Shown: positions 8,270 to 19,037 of the stretch, piece by piece
How the letters are laid out: each line of letters starts with the position of its first letter
Position numbering within the stretch: the stretch's first letter is position 1
DNA from: Candidatus Sabulitectum sp.
Lineage (GTDB): Bacteria > Fermentibacterota > Fermentibacteria > Fermentibacterales > JCC-6
DNA length: 64,000 bases
Reading direction: 5' to 3'
Assembly: GCA_029938555.1 (NCBI GenBank)
Contig: JAOZUR010000006.1
Coordinates: forward strand, 10,425-74,424
The notes under the pieces: model-generated
What the model was told of the DNA's origin: nothing
The model's database searches: none
What the model saw: the letters and a program-made list of their open reading frames with translations, nothing else
Position numbers and translations under genes: made by a program

Positions 8270-9573
8270 CGTCTACCGCGTATCCTTCCTTTTGCAAGGA
8301 ATCCGTCATAATGTCGCATGAGTAAATGGGTCTCTATCTGCCTAAGAGTTTCAAGAGCAACTCCAACAACAATCAAAAGACTTGTTCCACCAAACATGAA
8401 GTTAAGACCAACATGACGCATCATAAGCATAGGAAGAACTGCAATTGCAGCCAAGAAAAGTGCTCCTGGAAGAGTAACTCTTACAAGAACTTTTTCTATG
8501 TATTTCGCTGTGCTCTTTCCTGGTTTGCGACCAGGAATGAAACCACCCTGTTTTTTCATATTGTCTGCAAGATCCTGAGGGTTAAATACCATAGCTGTAT
8601 AAACATAAGCAAACAGAATAATCAGTGTAGTATAAATTGCTATGTATACTGCACCACCAGGAGCCATCCATGTGTTAACCCAGCCTGAAATGTCACTGTT
8701 CGGGAAGAACATGGCAAGCGTGGATGGGAACATCATGAAAGACTGGGCAAAGATTACAGGAATAACACCTGCAGTATTTAGTCTAAGTGGTATATGAGTA
8801 CTCTGACCACCATAAACTTTTCTGCCCCTGACCTGTTTTGCATAAGAGACAGGAATTCTTCTTTGTGCTTCTGTCATAACAACAACAAAAGCAACAACTG
8901 CAAACATGAAACCAATAAGGAAAATTCCAGTGATAAAGCTAGTCTGCTGGAGTACAAAGATGTCTCTGTACAGAGTGCTTATATCTGCTGGAATTCTACC
9001 TACAATACCGGCAAAAATGATAAGGCTTATTCCATTGCCTATACCGCGTTCGCCAATACGCTCGCCAAGCCACATAACAAAGATAGTTCCTGTGACAAGG
9101 GTAATTACAGTTTGAATGGTAAACGCGATGCCGGGGTTAGGAACAACCCCTGGCATCTGATTATTCATACTTACAATAAACTGACTGATTCCAAGCCCCT
9201 GTATAGTGGCCAACAAAACAGTACCATACCTTGTAAGTTCAGTCATTTTCTGACGACCGGCTTCTCCCTCTTTCTTCAATTTCTCGAAGTAAGGAAGAAC
9301 TGATCCTAGCAACTGAATAATAATGGAAGCAGAGATATATGGCATAATTCCAAGGGCAAAAATACTTGCCCTTTGAAGTGCTCCACCCACAAAGAGGTCG
9401 AACATACCCATAACGCCGCCACCACCACCGGCAAAAGCACTTTGAAGAGCGTGGCTATTGATACCGGGAACTGGGATAAAACCACCAAGGCGGTAAATCG
9501 CAAGTAACCCGAACGTATAAAAAATCTTCTTCCGGAGTTCCGGGATTTTCATTACGTTGTCAAAACCGCGCAT
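8266..9573 (-). CDS. secY: Preprotein translocase subunit SecY
   Basis: 435-aa polytopic protein. The motif LGIMPYISASIIIQLL is present and it holds the spc-operon position. Confidence 0.95.
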   Translation of the reverse strand: MRGFDNVMKIPELRKKIFYTFGLLAIYRLGGFIPVPGINSHALQSAFAGGGGGVMGMFDLFVGGALQRASIFALGIMPYISASIIIQLLGSVLPYFEKLKKEGEAGRQKMTELTRYGTVLLATIQGLGISQFIVSMNNQMPGVVPNPGIAFTIQTVITLVTGTIFVMWLGERIGERGIGNGISLIIFAGIVGRIPADISTLYRDIFVLQQTSFITGIFLIGFMFAVVAFVVVMTEAQRRIPVSYAKQVRGRKVYGGQSTHIPLRLNTAGVIPVIFAQSFMMFPSTLAMFFPNSDISGWVNTWMAPGGAVYIAIYTTLIILFAYVYTAMVFNPQDLADNMKKQGGFIPGRKPGKSTAKYIEKVLVRVTLPGALFLAAIAVLPMLMMRHVGLNFMFGGTSLLIVVGVALETLRQIETHLLMRHYDGFLAKGRIRGRR

Positions 9574-10016
9574 CAGCTAAGCACCTCCACTGTACCTCCG
9601 GCTTCAGTGATAGCTTTTTTAGCACTAGCTGTGTACGCATCAGCACACACTGTAATACTGTGTTCAAGCTGTCCGTGACCGAGAATCTTTACCGGCTTAA
9701 TTCTAGACGAAATAAGACCAGCTTCTTTAAGCAAATCTGGTGTAACAACAGAATCTTTGTCAAATCTATTAAGCATTCCAATGTTAACAACCTGGTACTT
9801 TATAGCAAAGCGGGTATTATTAAAACCCTTGTGAGTCATACGACGCTGAAGAGGCATCTGCCCGCCTTCAAACCATGGATGAATGCTAGCTCTTGCTTTC
9901 TGCCCTTTATGACCTTTACCGGCAGTTCCACCGTTTCCAGTTCCAAGACCGCAACCTCTACGCTTACGGTTCTTCTTAGCGCCCTGTGCAGGACGAAGAT
10001 GCTGGAGCCTTCTCAT
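9573..10016 (-). CDS. rplO: 50S ribosomal protein L15
   Basis: L15-like N-terminus ([15 protein letters not shown]) and operon position. Confidence 0.95.
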   Translation of the reverse strand: MRRLQHLRPAQGAKKNRKRRGCGLGTGNGGTAGKGHKGQKARASIHPWFEGGQMPLQRRMTHKGFNNTRFAIKYQVVNIGMLNRFDKDSVVTPDLLKEAGLISSRIKPVKILGHGQLEHSITVCADAYTASAKKAITEAGGTVEVLS

Positions 10017-10204
10017 GCATCCACCTCCTCTACCTTAAGAAGATGTTTTACTTTAAAAATCATGCCACGAATCTGAGGTGTATCATTGTGCACTTTTGAA
10101 GAATTCATCTTGCCAAGCCCTAAAGCTTCAAGAGTTCTCTTCTGGCTACCCTGACGACCGATTGCGCTTCTGACTTTAGTTACTCGGAGCTTCTTTTCAG
10201 CCAT
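10013..10204 (-). CDS. rpmD: 50S ribosomal protein L30
   Basis: [30 protein letters not shown]... I placed the start at the internal ATG (10202-10204), just after the rpsE stop, rather than at the ORF-track start 10228. Confidence 0.85.
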   Translation of the reverse strand: MAEKKLRVTKVRSAIGRQGSQKRTLEALGLGKMNSSKVHNDTPQIRGMIFKVKHLLKVEEVDA

Positions 10205-10799
10205 TAGCCTTGCTCCTCTCAGTAACAATTTTACGCCTTATAGAACTGATCTGGTTTATAGTAATTAAATCCTTTAAACCAGCCATTGTTGCTTTTGTAA
10301 CGTTGTGAGGATTGTTAGATCCCTGTGCCTTTGTAAGCACATCTTTTACTCCAGCACATTCCATAATTGCGCGAACGGCACTTCCTGCAATAACACCGGT
10401 ACCTGGACTGGCAGGCCTAAGAAGAACCTTGCCTGCGCCATAGTTACCAATGATTAGATGCGGAAGAGTACGATTATCAACAAGCGGTACCTTGATCATA
10501 GTTTTCTGTGCATTTTCTGTAGCTTTTCTGATTGACTCAGGAAGCTCAGTAGCTTTGCCCAGACCAATGCCTACTCTACCATTCTGATCGCCTACAGCAA
10601 CGATGGCGTTGAAACCAAAGGTTCGTCCACCCTTAGTAACTTTTGCTACTCTGTTAACTGTAATAAGTCTATCAATAAGACCGGCTTCTTCAATAGCAGA
10701 CGGCTTACGCTCTTTTTTCTGACCCTTTTTGCCTCTGGAATCTTTAGAATTCCTTCCGCCTCTAGGGTTTCTGTCGTTTCGTTCAGTCTTTTTTTCCAT
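10197..10799 (-). CDS. rpsE: 30S ribosomal protein S5
   Basis: [24 protein letters not shown] core preceded by a basic N-terminal extension. Confidence 0.95.
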   Translation of the reverse strand: MEKKTERNDRNPRGGRNSKDSRGKKGQKKERKPSAIEEAGLIDRLITVNRVAKVTKGGRTFGFNAIVAVGDQNGRVGIGLGKATELPESIRKATENAQKTMIKVPLVDNRTLPHLIIGNYGAGKVLLRPASPGTGVIAGSAVRAIMECAGVKDVLTKAQGSNNPHNVTKATMAGLKDLITINQISSIRRKIVTERSKANG

Positions 10800-10810
10800 C
10801 AGTGCTCCTC

Positions 10811-11173
10811 CTAAAATACCAGTCCGCTTTCGCGAACCTTCTCCGCCAGAGCTTTTACTCTGCCGTGATAAGGATGTCCACCTCTGTCAAACACCACTGT
10901 TGTAATTCCTTTTTCTTTAGCTTTTTCTGCAAGCTTTACACCAAGAGCTTCAGCCCGTTCTATTTTAGAACCACTGGCGGATGCTCTGAATTCTTTGGAA
11001 TCAGTGGTAAGAGAAAGAAGGGTTATTCCCTCTACATCATCAATCAAGCAAGCAATCATGTGCCTGAGAGATCTTCTGACGAAGAGCCTTGGACGAGCAG
11101 CAGTACCAGAAACTTTCTTTCTGAGACGCCTGTGCCTGCGGGAGAGGCTTTCTCGTCTTGTCAATTTTGCCAT
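10811..11173 (-). CDS. rplR: 50S ribosomal protein L18
   Basis: [27 protein letters not shown]...[17 protein letters not shown]. Confidence 0.95.
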   Translation of the reverse strand: MAKLTRRESLSRRHRRLRKKVSGTAARPRLFVRRSLRHMIACLIDDVEGITLLSLTTDSKEFRASASGSKIERAEALGVKLAEKAKEKGITTVVFDRGGHPYHGRVKALAEKVRESGLVF

Positions 11174-11189
11174 TGTTCACCTCTCCTTT

Positions 11190-11735
11190 CTAGCTGACTA
11201 CCGACTTAGCAGCTTTACGCTTCACCTGCTGATCGCTGTAGCGGAAACCTATAAGGTTATAGGGTTCCACCTTGCGTAGCTTGTAAAGTGTTGATGCAAA
11301 TACACCAACAAGATGCTTGTCGTTACCTGTAATTGTCATAGAAAATTCGTTCTGACCGGGCTTAACCACAACAACAAGACCAGCTGGGATTGCAGCCACA
11401 ACTCTGTGACTGAATCCAATCTGCATGTCTATTGCTGCTGGTTTAACCTCGGCACTGTACCCTTTTCCCTGTACTATTAGAGTAATGGTGTGTCCTCTGG
11501 AAACACCAAGAACTCTATTGTTTATCTCTGCTCGTGTAACTCCGTGAAGTCTGCGCTGATCCTGACTGTCATCCGCTCTACCGATGTGAAGGAAAGCACC
11601 GTCAACCTTGGCTGTTATGCCCTCTGGAAGAGGATACTTATCTTCTCCACGCTTTCCTTTTACAGAAACGGAATTACCAGCAATCTTAACTTCTATACCA
11701 TCCAAAGGGATGGGAAGTCTGCCTATTCGTGACAT
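11190..11735 (-). CDS. rplF: 50S ribosomal protein L6
   Basis: MSRIGRLPIPLDGIEVKIAGNSVSVKG... Confidence 0.95.
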   Translation of the reverse strand: MSRIGRLPIPLDGIEVKIAGNSVSVKGKRGEDKYPLPEGITAKVDGAFLHIGRADDSQDQRRLHGVTRAEINNRVLGVSRGHTITLIVQGKGYSAEVKPAAIDMQIGFSHRVVAAIPAGLVVVVKPGQNEFSMTITGNDKHLVGVFASTLYKLRKVEPYNLIGFRYSDQQVKRKAAKSVVS

Positions 11736-11744
11736 TTTCCCTCC

Positions 11745-12140
11745 CTACCAGATGTGAAGCAGCACTTCGCCGCCAATTTTGTGTCTTCTTGCTTCAGCAT
11801 CTGTGATTACACCACGAGGGGTGGTGAGAACAGCAAGACCGCGTCCGCCCATTACTCTTTTAATATCATTTACGCCTGCGTAAACCCTGCATCCAGGTTT
11901 GGAAACACGCTTCAGGCCAAGAATAAGAGACTGTCCATTGTGGTAGGACAAATATACTCTTAACATACCCTGTTTTGTGTCTTCAATTCTTCTAAAACCA
12001 CGAATGTATCCATGGTTATAGAGAACTCTTGCAATGCTAGCCTTCATCTTCGATGCTGGAATATCCACCATCTTGTGCCCGGCGGCAGAAGCATTCCTTA
12101 TGCGGGTCAGCATATCAGCGATAGGATCTGTCATTGACAT
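11745..12140 (-). CDS. rpsH: 30S ribosomal protein S8
   Basis: MSMTDPIADMLTRIRNA... Confidence 0.95.
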   Translation of the reverse strand: MSMTDPIADMLTRIRNASAAGHKMVDIPASKMKASIARVLYNHGYIRGFRRIEDTKQGMLRVYLSYHNGQSLILGLKRVSKPGCRVYAGVNDIKRVMGGRGLAVLTTPRGVITDAEARRHKIGGEVLLHIW

Positions 12141-12150
12141 ATTTCTCTCC

Positions 12151-12336
12151 CTACCAGCTTGCCTTGCGCACGCCCGGAATCATGCCACGATTGGCCATGT
12201 CCCGGAAACAAATGCGGCAGATGCCGAACTTTCTCAGGTATCCTCTGGGTCTTCCACACAGAGAGCACCTATTGTATTTTCTAACTTGGAACTTAGGAGT
12301 TCGCTTACATTTCTCGATCAGGCCTTTTTTTGCCAT
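12151..12336 (-). CDS. rpsN: 30S ribosomal protein S14, type Z (zinc-binding, 61 aa)
   Basis: [45 protein letters not shown], with a CxxC...CxxC pattern. Confidence 0.95.
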   Translation of the reverse strand: MAKKGLIEKCKRTPKFQVRKYNRCSLCGRPRGYLRKFGICRICFRDMANRGMIPGVRKASW

Positions 12337-12911
12337 TACATACCTCCTCTGCCGGAACGACGGAAAGGCATTCCAAGAGCCTTAACAAGCTCATAACCCT
12401 CTTCATCGGTTTTGGCGGTGGTAACTATGGTGATATTCATTCCTCTGAATTTATCGATTTTATCCACATCGATCTCAGGGAAAATCGCCTGTTCAGTGAT
12501 ACCAAAGTTGTAATTTCCTCTACCATCAAATGACTTGGGTGAAAGACCTCTAAAATCTCGTACCCTTGGAAGGGAGAAGTTTATCAACCTATCAAGAAAT
12601 TCCCACATGCGATCACCTCTAAGAGTGGTGAACACACCAATGGGCATTTCCTCACGAAGTCTGAAACCAGCAATGGAACTTTTTGCTTTTGCAACTACAC
12701 ACTTCTGACCAGAGATTAATTCCATCTGAGCCTGAGCGTTTGTAACATTATTAGCATTATCCATAGCTTCTTTTCCAAGACCCATATTCAAAACAACTTT
12801 AGTAAATCCCGGAATCTCCATGGGATTTGAAAAATTGAATACCTCTTGAAGCTTAGTTCTAACTTCTTCACGATACATCTTCTGGAGCCTTGGCATATCT
12901 TTGTTATTCAT
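12336..12911 (-). CDS. rplE: 50S ribosomal protein L5
   Basis: [11 protein letters not shown]...[18 protein letters not shown]. Confidence 0.95.
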   Translation of the reverse strand: MNNKDMPRLQKMYREEVRTKLQEVFNFSNPMEIPGFTKVVLNMGLGKEAMDNANNVTNAQAQMELISGQKCVVAKAKSSIAGFRLREEMPIGVFTTLRGDRMWEFLDRLINFSLPRVRDFRGLSPKSFDGRGNYNFGITEQAIFPEIDVDKIDKFRGMNITIVTTAKTDEEGYELVKALGMPFRRSGRGGM

Positions 12912-12920
12912 ATTAGCCCC

Positions 12921-13238
12921 CTACCCTACAGCAATGGTTTCGCCGCAGGCTTTGCATACGCGCCTGAGACGGCCTTCGGCATCACGAGTACGGCTTACGC
13001 CGGTGGCTTTGCCACATCCTGGGCATATGAGTCTGAGGTTTGATACATGTATCGGTGCCTCGCGCTCAATAATGCCACCCTGCTGATTTCTTTGAGAAGG
13101 TCGCGTGTGTCTTTTCATCAAATTGAGACTTTCCACAATCGCTCTCTGTGTTCCAGGAAAAACCTTAAGTATTTTCCCTTCTTTTCCCCTCTCGTTTCCT
13201 GATAATACCTTTACTTTATCGCCTTTTCTCACATGCAT
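12921..13238 (-). CDS. rplX: 50S ribosomal protein L24 (with Thermus-like CxxC...CxxC ribbon)
   Basis: MHVRKGDKVKVLSGNERGKEGKILKV...ICPGCGKATGV...VCKACGE. Confidence 0.95.
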   Translation of the reverse strand: MHVRKGDKVKVLSGNERGKEGKILKVFPGTQRAIVESLNLMKRHTRPSQRNQQGGIIEREAPIHVSNLRLICPGCGKATGVSRTRDAEGRLRRVCKACGETIAVG

Positions 13239-13604
13239 CTAAACCACCTCCGGTGCCAACGATACTATTTTCATATAACGCTGACGGAGTTCACGGCCCA
13301 CTGGGCCAAAGATACGTGTGGCTACAGGCTGTGCTGCATCATCAAGGATGACGGCTGCATTGTCGTCGAAACGAACAATTGTGCCATCAGGCCTGCTGAA
13401 TTCTTTTCGTGTACGAACTACTACGGCCCTGCGAACTTCACTTTTTTTCACGGTACCACCTGGAATGGCTTCTTTCACTGTAACAACAATGACATCACCA
13501 ATTCGGGCGTAGCGGCGTCTAGTGCCACCAAGTACCTTGATGCAGAGAACCTCGCGGGCGCCGGAGTTATCGGCCACCTTGAGTCTGGATTCCACTTGGA
13601 TCAT
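13239..13604 (-). CDS. rplN: 50S ribosomal protein L14
   Basis: [27 protein letters not shown]... Confidence 0.95.
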   Translation of the reverse strand: MIQVESRLKVADNSGAREVLCIKVLGGTRRRYARIGDVIVVTVKEAIPGGTVKKSEVRRAVVVRTRKEFSRPDGTIVRFDDNAAVILDDAAQPVATRIFGPVGRELRQRYMKIVSLAPEVV

Positions 13605-13616
13605 CCTATAGTCCTC

Positions 13617-13883
13617 CTAAAGTGCCTTCTCCACGATATCAAGTAGACGCCAGCGCTTAAGTCTTGAAGTGGGACGGGTTTCCGAAATGGTTACCACATC
13701 GCCTTTTCCGCACTGGTTCTGCTCGTCGTGGGCATAGTATTTTTTACTTGTTCTAAATCTCTTCATGTAAACAGGGTGAGATCTGATAGAGGTTACTTCA
13801 ACAATAATGGTTTTATCCATTTTGTCTGAAACAACCACTCCTCGGAGCACCCTCCTGTTTGTTTTTGTCGTTTCTTCCACCAT
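13617..13883 (-). CDS. rpsQ: 30S ribosomal protein S17
   Basis: [20 protein letters not shown]...[19 protein letters not shown]. Confidence 0.95.
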   Translation of the reverse strand: MVEETTKTNRRVLRGVVVSDKMDKTIIVEVTSIRSHPVYMKRFRTSKKYYAHDEQNQCGKGDVVTISETRPTSRLKRWRLLDIVEKAL

Positions 13884-14098
13884 TAGCTCCCTTCCTCGTC
13901 CGCAATCAAACCAAGCTCTTTTTCACGAATAAGTGTAAGTGCTCTGGCAAGACCTCTTTTAGCGTCACGGATCTTCAGGGGATTCTCAAGCTGATGGGCA
14001 GCTTTTCTGAATCTGAGATTGAAAATCTCTGTGCGCATATCACGCACCTGTTCCTGTAGTTCGTCAAGGCCCATAGACCGGAGATCATGTACTTTCAT
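13883..14098 (-). CDS. rpmC: 50S ribosomal protein L29
   Basis: [28 protein letters not shown]... Confidence 0.9.
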   Translation of the reverse strand: MKVHDLRSMGLDELQEQVRDMRTEIFNLRFRKAAHQLENPLKIRDAKRGLARALTLIREKELGLIADEEGS

Positions 14099-14520
14099 CG
14101 CTGAATAACCCCCTTGTCTCTGGCAACAAACCTCGTTTTAAGAGGAAGTTTGTGCCCGGCAAGTCTCATTGCTTCTCTGGCAATATCCAGAGGAACACCT
14201 TCTATTTCGAACATTACTCTTCCTGGTTTCACAACAGCAACCCAGAAATCGACTGCTCCTTTTCCTTTACCCATTCTTGTTTCCGCTGGTGTGGAAGTCA
14301 CAGGTTTATCAGGAAAAAGCCTGATCCACACTTTTCCTCCACGACGGACATGTCGTGTCAAAGCAATACGAGCGGCTTCGATCTGAGCGCTGGTTACCCA
14401 ACTGGCCTCTGTGGCCTGCAAACCGAATTCACCAAAAGCCACGGTGTCTCCACCTTTGGCACGGCCACGCATGCGACCTCTGTGATGCTTACGAAACTTT
14501 GTTCTTTTCGGCATTAACAT
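14095..14520 (-). CDS. rplP: 50S ribosomal protein L16
   Basis: [24 protein letters not shown]... Confidence 0.95.
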   Translation of the reverse strand: MLMPKRTKFRKHHRGRMRGRAKGGDTVAFGEFGLQATEASWVTSAQIEAARIALTRHVRRGGKVWIRLFPDKPVTSTPAETRMGKGKGAVDFWVAVVKPGRVMFEIEGVPLDIAREAMRLAGHKLPLKTRFVARDKGVIQR

Positions 14521-14537
14521 TCTATATCACCGCTCTC

Positions 14538-15185
14538 TTAGAATCCAGCAACAGGTACTTCATGTACCTCGCCTTTGTAGATCCACACCTTAACGCCGAT
14601 CACACCGTACGTTGTACGGGCAACGCCCTTGGCAAAATCAATATCTGCTCTGAGAGTATGCAAAGGCACTCTTCCCTCATGATAAGTATTGACTCTGGAC
14701 ATTTCAGCGCCCCCAAGACGACCGGAACAGGTAATTTTTATACCTAGTGCACCGGCGCGCATGGAGTCAGAAATTGTTCTTTTCATTGCTCTGCGAACAC
14801 TGACTCTATTTTCCAATTGGCGAGCCACATTGTCTGCAACAAGCACAGCATCCATTTCAGGTTTTTCAACCTGACTTACTTTGATTTTTACAGTCTTTTT
14901 TGTCAGATGCTTAAGCTCACTGGTAAGGCTATCAATTGTATTACCTCGACTACCGATAACAAGACCGGGACGAGCAGTACTGATAACAACCTGTACTTCC
15001 TGAGGTTTGCGTTCTATGAGTATCCTGGAGAGCTGGGCTCTCTCAAGACGACGATAAACATATCTTCTGATACGCTCATCTTCCTCGACAAATCTGGCAA
15101 AATCTCTTCCTCTGGCAAACCAGTTCGAATCCCAGCTCCGGCTTATACCGAGCCTGAGTCCGATCGGATTGGTTTTCTGACCCAA
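14538..15185 (-). CDS. rpsC: 30S ribosomal protein S3
   Basis: The (M)GQKTNPIGLRLG N-terminus follows a TTG start at 15183-15185, preceded by GGAGAGGAG. The ORF-track start at 15221 would overlap rplV and is less likely. Confidence 0.9.
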   Translation of the reverse strand: MGQKTNPIGLRLGISRSWDSNWFARGRDFARFVEEDERIRRYVYRRLERAQLSRILIERKPQEVQVVISTARPGLVIGSRGNTIDSLTSELKHLTKKTVKIKVSQVEKPEMDAVLVADNVARQLENRVSVRRAMKRTISDSMRAGALGIKITCSGRLGGAEMSRVNTYHEGRVPLHTLRADIDFAKGVARTTYGVIGVKVWIYKGEVHEVPVAGF

Positions 15186-15189
15186 ACGA

Positions 15190-15549
15190 TTACTCCTCTC
15201 CAGGTTCGGCGCCGTCGGCAAGTTTCAACGAAATGTGGCTTGTCCGGTGGCGTATTTTAGTGGCTCTACCTCGTGCTCTGGGTCTCCAGCGCATTGTTGT
15301 AGGACCCCCATCAACTGTAAGCTCTATTATCTTAAGATCATCAATATCAAGGTGTGCGCCCTCTGCTTGAACATTTGCATTTGCAACTGCTGAATCAAGG
15401 ATACGACCTAAAATCTTTGATGCATTCTTTGGCACAGTCAAAAGAATTGCAAGAGCCTGATTAACAGACTTACCTCTTACAAGGTCGGCTACTGCACGAG
15501 CCTTCCTTGGGGGGACTTTTACAAATCTAGCTTTTGCTATTGCTTCCAT
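15190..15549 (-). CDS. rplV: 50S ribosomal protein L22
   Basis: MEAIAKARFVKVPPRKARAVADLVRGK... Confidence 0.95.
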   Translation of the reverse strand: MEAIAKARFVKVPPRKARAVADLVRGKSVNQALAILLTVPKNASKILGRILDSAVANANVQAEGAHLDIDDLKIIELTVDGGPTTMRWRPRARGRATKIRHRTSHISLKLADGAEPGEE

Positions 15550-15560
15550 TTTCCCCCTCC

Positions 15561-15836
15561 TTAAGTGGTTGTTGCCTTCTTCTCGCGGTGACCGCGGAAG
15601 GTTCTTGTTGGAGCAAACTCACCGAGTTTGTGCCCAACCATGTTTTCTACCACAAACACCGGTACGAATTTCCTGCCGTTATGCACAGCAAAAGTGTGTC
15701 CTACAAAATCTGGTGGAATATCTGACCTGCGGGCCCAGGTCTTGATAACTCTCTTGTCTCCAGATTCCTTCTGAACATTTACTTTTCTCTGGAGGTTCGC
15801 ATCGATGAATGGGCCTTTCTTCAGTGAACGGGCCAT
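15561..15836 (-). CDS. rpsS: 30S ribosomal protein S19
   Basis: [12 protein letters not shown]...[15 protein letters not shown]. Confidence 0.95.
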   Translation of the reverse strand: MARSLKKGPFIDANLQRKVNVQKESGDKRVIKTWARRSDIPPDFVGHTFAVHNGRKFVPVFVVENMVGHKLGEFAPTRTFRGHREKKATTT

Positions 15837-15838
15837 AT

Positions 15839-16681
15839 CTACTTCCTCCTCTTACCGGTTGGTCTGCGTCTTGATATCATCTTATCAGACTGCTTTTTAT
15901 TTTTGCGAGTACGAAGACCTTTTGCAAGCTGCCCCCATGGTGAACACGGATGGCGTCCTCCACTGGTTTTACCCTCTCCTCCACCCATTGGGTGATCAAC
16001 AGGGTTCATAGCTACACCGCGTACATGTGGTCTGCGTCCGCGCCAGCGACTGGCTCCGGCTTTTCCAGGCACAACCAGGTTGTGCTCCATGTTTCCAACT
16101 GTACCAATTGTGGCAGCGCAATTTACCGGTACTCTACGCATCTCTCTTGATGGCAGTTTTAACATGGCATAATTGCCTTCACGAGCCATTAGCTGAACAG
16201 CAGTTCCTGCACTTCGGGCCATCTGGCCACCCTTGCCGGCTTTAAGTTCAACATTATGAATCATTGTGCCAAGCGGAATTTTGCTCATTGGAAGATGGTT
16301 ACCAATCTCTGGAGCTGCTTCCGGACCGGACATTATCTGAGAATCTACACCAAGTCCCATTGGGGCAAGTATGTAGCGTTTCTCGCCATCAGCATAAACT
16401 ACAAGAGCAATTCTTGCTGAACGGTTTGGATCGTATTCAATTGTAGCAATTCTTCCTGGAATACCAGTTTTGTTACGCTTGAAATCGATAGTTCGATACA
16501 TCTTCTTGTGACCACCGCCACGATGTCTGGCAGTAATACGACCGTAGCTATTCCTTCCAGCATTCTTCTTAAGAGGAGTCATTAATGACTTCTCTCCATG
16601 GTCTCTTGTGATTTCAGCGAAATCAGGCGAAACCTTGAATCTGGTACCGGGCGTCATGGGTTTCCATCTTTTAAGTCCCAT
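15839..16681 (-). CDS. rplB: 50S ribosomal protein L2
   Basis: [22 protein letters not shown]...[18 protein letters not shown]. Confidence 0.95.
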   Translation of the reverse strand: MGLKRWKPMTPGTRFKVSPDFAEITRDHGEKSLMTPLKKNAGRNSYGRITARHRGGGHKKMYRTIDFKRNKTGIPGRIATIEYDPNRSARIALVVYADGEKRYILAPMGLGVDSQIMSGPEAAPEIGNHLPMSKIPLGTMIHNVELKAGKGGQMARSAGTAVQLMAREGNYAMLKLPSREMRRVPVNCAATIGTVGNMEHNLVVPGKAGASRWRGRRPHVRGVAMNPVDHPMGGGEGKTSGGRHPCSPWGQLAKGLRTRKNKKQSDKMISRRRPTGKRRK

Positions 16682-16684
16682 GTA

Positions 16685-16972
16685 TTACACCCCCTCAAAG
16701 AAGTCAACAGAGTCACCCTCGGAGAGTGTAACAATAGCCTTTTTCCAGGCAGATCTGCGACCTAAGTTCCGGCCAAGTCTTTTGACTTTGCCTTCCATAT
16801 TGATTGTATGAACTTTAAGAACCTTTACTTCAAAAATCTTTTCAATAGCATTTGCAATCTGAGGTTTTGTAGCACTAGGGATTACTTTGAAGCTATACTT
16901 GTTGTAAAGCTCCCTTGCGATTGTTGATTTTTCAGTAACAATAGGCTCAAGGATAATTTGACGTGGGTCCAT
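16685..16972 (-). CDS. rplW: 50S ribosomal protein L23
   Basis: ILEPIVTEKST...YSFKV...KPQIANAIEKIFEVKV. Confidence 0.95.
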   Translation of the reverse strand: MDPRQIILEPIVTEKSTIARELYNKYSFKVIPSATKPQIANAIEKIFEVKVLKVHTINMEGKVKRLGRNLGRRSAWKKAIVTLSEGDSVDFFEGV

Positions 16973-17592
16973 TAATTCACCCTCGCCTTCAAGTGCTCCA
17001 GTGCATTTTCTGCTACCAGAATTATCTCTGAATTTACCAGAGCTGTTACCGGTACATGGCTGGCTGCCACTGCAAATACTCCTGGAATGTTTCCGGCAGC
17101 TCTGGCAACCATATTGTCACCATTAGTAAGAATTACAGTTTTCTTTCCTGCAACTCCATTTCCACCGATCATTTCTCTTACTTCACTTGTTTTCCCTACC
17201 ATAGAAAGATCGCGAATAACTCTGAGGTTTCCCTCGGAAAGTCTTTCACTAAGAATACCAGCAAGAGCCTTGCGGCGTACCTTACGGTTAATCTTTATGC
17301 TGAAATTTCTAGGCTTTGGACCGTGAGCAACACCACCACTACGCCAGATAGGACTTTTAAAGGAACCTGCACGAGCATTTCCAGTTCCTTTCTGTCGCCA
17401 TGGCTTTCTACCGCTGCCCTTTACCTCTGCTCTGGTAAGTGCGCTGGCATTACCCTGACGCTTATTGTTCTGTTCAGCACGAACAACTTCCCAGAGAACA
17501 TGAGTGGAAACACCCATAGCAAAGAGTTCATCGGGGAGCTTCACAGCACCAACCTCTTCACCCTTCATGGTGTAAATTCTGGCTTCTGCCAT
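16972..17592 (-). CDS. rplD: 50S ribosomal protein L4
   Basis: EVKGSGRKPWRQKGTGNARAGS... Confidence 0.95.
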   Translation of the reverse strand: MAEARIYTMKGEEVGAVKLPDELFAMGVSTHVLWEVVRAEQNNKRQGNASALTRAEVKGSGRKPWRQKGTGNARAGSFKSPIWRSGGVAHGPKPRNFSIKINRKVRRKALAGILSERLSEGNLRVIRDLSMVGKTSEVREMIGGNGVAGKKTVILTNGDNMVARAAGNIPGVFAVAASHVPVTALVNSEIILVAENALEHLKARVN

Positions 17593-18227
17593 TAGCTCTC
17601 ACCTCCTCTTCGAATCTGCTTCCTCACCATGAGGTAGCCGTTTTTTGCACCGGGTACGGCACCCTTGATTACAAGAAGATTTTTCTCGACATCAATCTGA
17701 ATGATCTCAAGATTCTTAACTGTTCTTCTTGTATTTCCGGTCTGGCCGGGCATTTTTTTGTTTTTCCAAACTCTACCAGGAGTGGCACACTGGCCAATTG
17801 ATCCTGGAATACGCTTGGCATGACAACCATGTGTTTCATCACCACCGTGAAAATTGTGGCGTTTAACTACTCCTTGAAAGCCCTTACCCTTGGTCAGACC
17901 TGTAACATTTACCTTCTCACCGAGAACAAACATCGAAACTGTAAAAGCATCGCCAGCTTTGATGTCTTCCTCAGGAGCAGGAAATTCAATAAGTCTTGAA
18001 ACAGAAGAAACTCCTGCCTTCTCAAGGTGACCCTTGAGTGGCTTGCGAAGTCTACTCTCTTTCTTTGGCCAGTAACCCACCTGAACCGCTGAATAACCAT
18101 CGGTTTCGGGAGTTTTCACCTGCACCACCGGGTTGGGGGCAGCTTCAAGCACCGTAACAGGAATAGCTCGACCATCTTCTGCGAAGATGCGAGTCATACC
18201 CAATTTACGAGCCATAATTCCGCTCAT
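17592..18227 (-). CDS. rplC: 50S ribosomal protein L3
   Basis: The canonical N-terminus MSGIMARKLGMTRIF begins at the ATG at 18225-18227, preceded by GGGAAG. The ORF stays open up to a TTG at 18317 (preceded by AAGAGGA), which would add 30 aa, so the start is uncertain. Confidence 0.85.
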   Translation of the reverse strand: MSGIMARKLGMTRIFAEDGRAIPVTVLEAAPNPVVQVKTPETDGYSAVQVGYWPKKESRLRKPLKGHLEKAGVSSVSRLIEFPAPEEDIKAGDAFTVSMFVLGEKVNVTGLTKGKGFQGVVKRHNFHGGDETHGCHAKRIPGSIGQCATPGRVWKNKKMPGQTGNTRRTVKNLEIIQIDVEKNLLVIKGAVPGAKNGYLMVRKQIRRGGES

Positions 18228-18371
18228 AACACTTCCCATCGCTGAAGTCCCCATAGAACGGGGGGACAAGCGTTTCTGTTTTACCGCTAGGAGAATCGAC
18301 CGTCCTCGTTCTACCAATGCGGTTTTTCCTCTTAACCCGAATTTCGAGTCAGTAAGGAATGGTACTAATTA

Positions 18372-18677
18372 CTACTTAATCTCCACATCAACACCAGCAG
18401 GAACATCAAGTTTCCTGAGGGCTTCAGTGGTTTGCTCATTGGGATCCATGATCTCAATTAGCCGGGAATGAACCCTAATCTCAAACTGCTCACGTGATTT
18501 TTTGTTCACATGAGGGCTTCTTAAAACTGTGATAACCGAGCGTCTTGTTGGCAAAGGTATCGGTCCAGCAACACGAGCGCCGGTGCTAACAACACCACGC
18601 ACTATGTCTTTGGATGACCTGTCAAGAAGACGATGATCATACGCTCTAAGTCTAATCCTCAATCTGTTCTCGTTCAA
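18372..18677 (-). CDS. rpsJ: 30S ribosomal protein S10
   Basis: (TTG start)[18 protein letters not shown]..., with AAGGAG 6 nt upstream. Confidence 0.95.
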   Translation of the reverse strand: MNENRLRIRLRAYDHRLLDRSSKDIVRGVVSTGARVAGPIPLPTRRSVITVLRSPHVNKKSREQFEIRVHSRLIEIMDPNEQTTEALRKLDVPAGVDVEIK

Positions 18678-19037
18678 TGCAACTCCTTAAACAAACAACT
18701 AAACCGGACGGGATAAACCCGTTACAAAAAAACTGCCGAATGGATGTCTATATGCTTACAACACCTAGACTTCCACACAAACAACTAGAACTAGTTCTCA
18801 TCATGCAAGCCCATAGAGGCCCACAGGATGGCTATTATACTAAATACCAGTCAATAACGCTACCCCGAAATAGAATATGAATAAATCGGACAGTGGGGAA
18901 TGCGGAACATACTTCAGCATTCGTGAACTTTCTTGGGTATATTAAGGTAGTTTTCCATTTCTGGATTGTAAGACAAGGAGATGGTTTACTAACAGTCACC
19001 CTTTTATCCAACAATTGGATAAAACTGAATACCACTT

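Noticed and set aside
8794-9303. 169-aa plus-strand ORF, with many similar ones (for example 10802-11197, 14152-14517, 17056-17595, 24159-24548, 29184-29681, 34059-34478), lying antisense inside secY, ribosomal protein genes and rpoB/rpoC
   Set aside because: They lie entirely within, and opposite to, highly conserved and clearly identified genes. Their translations are low-complexity with no recognisable motif. These are typical shadow ORFs.
12921-13238. Cys4 ribbon in L24 (and in L36, L33 and S14-Z) as a novelty
   Set aside because: Zinc-ribbon (C+) forms of these proteins are well known; for example, Thermus L24 has CPACGK...CAKCG. This is not unusual.
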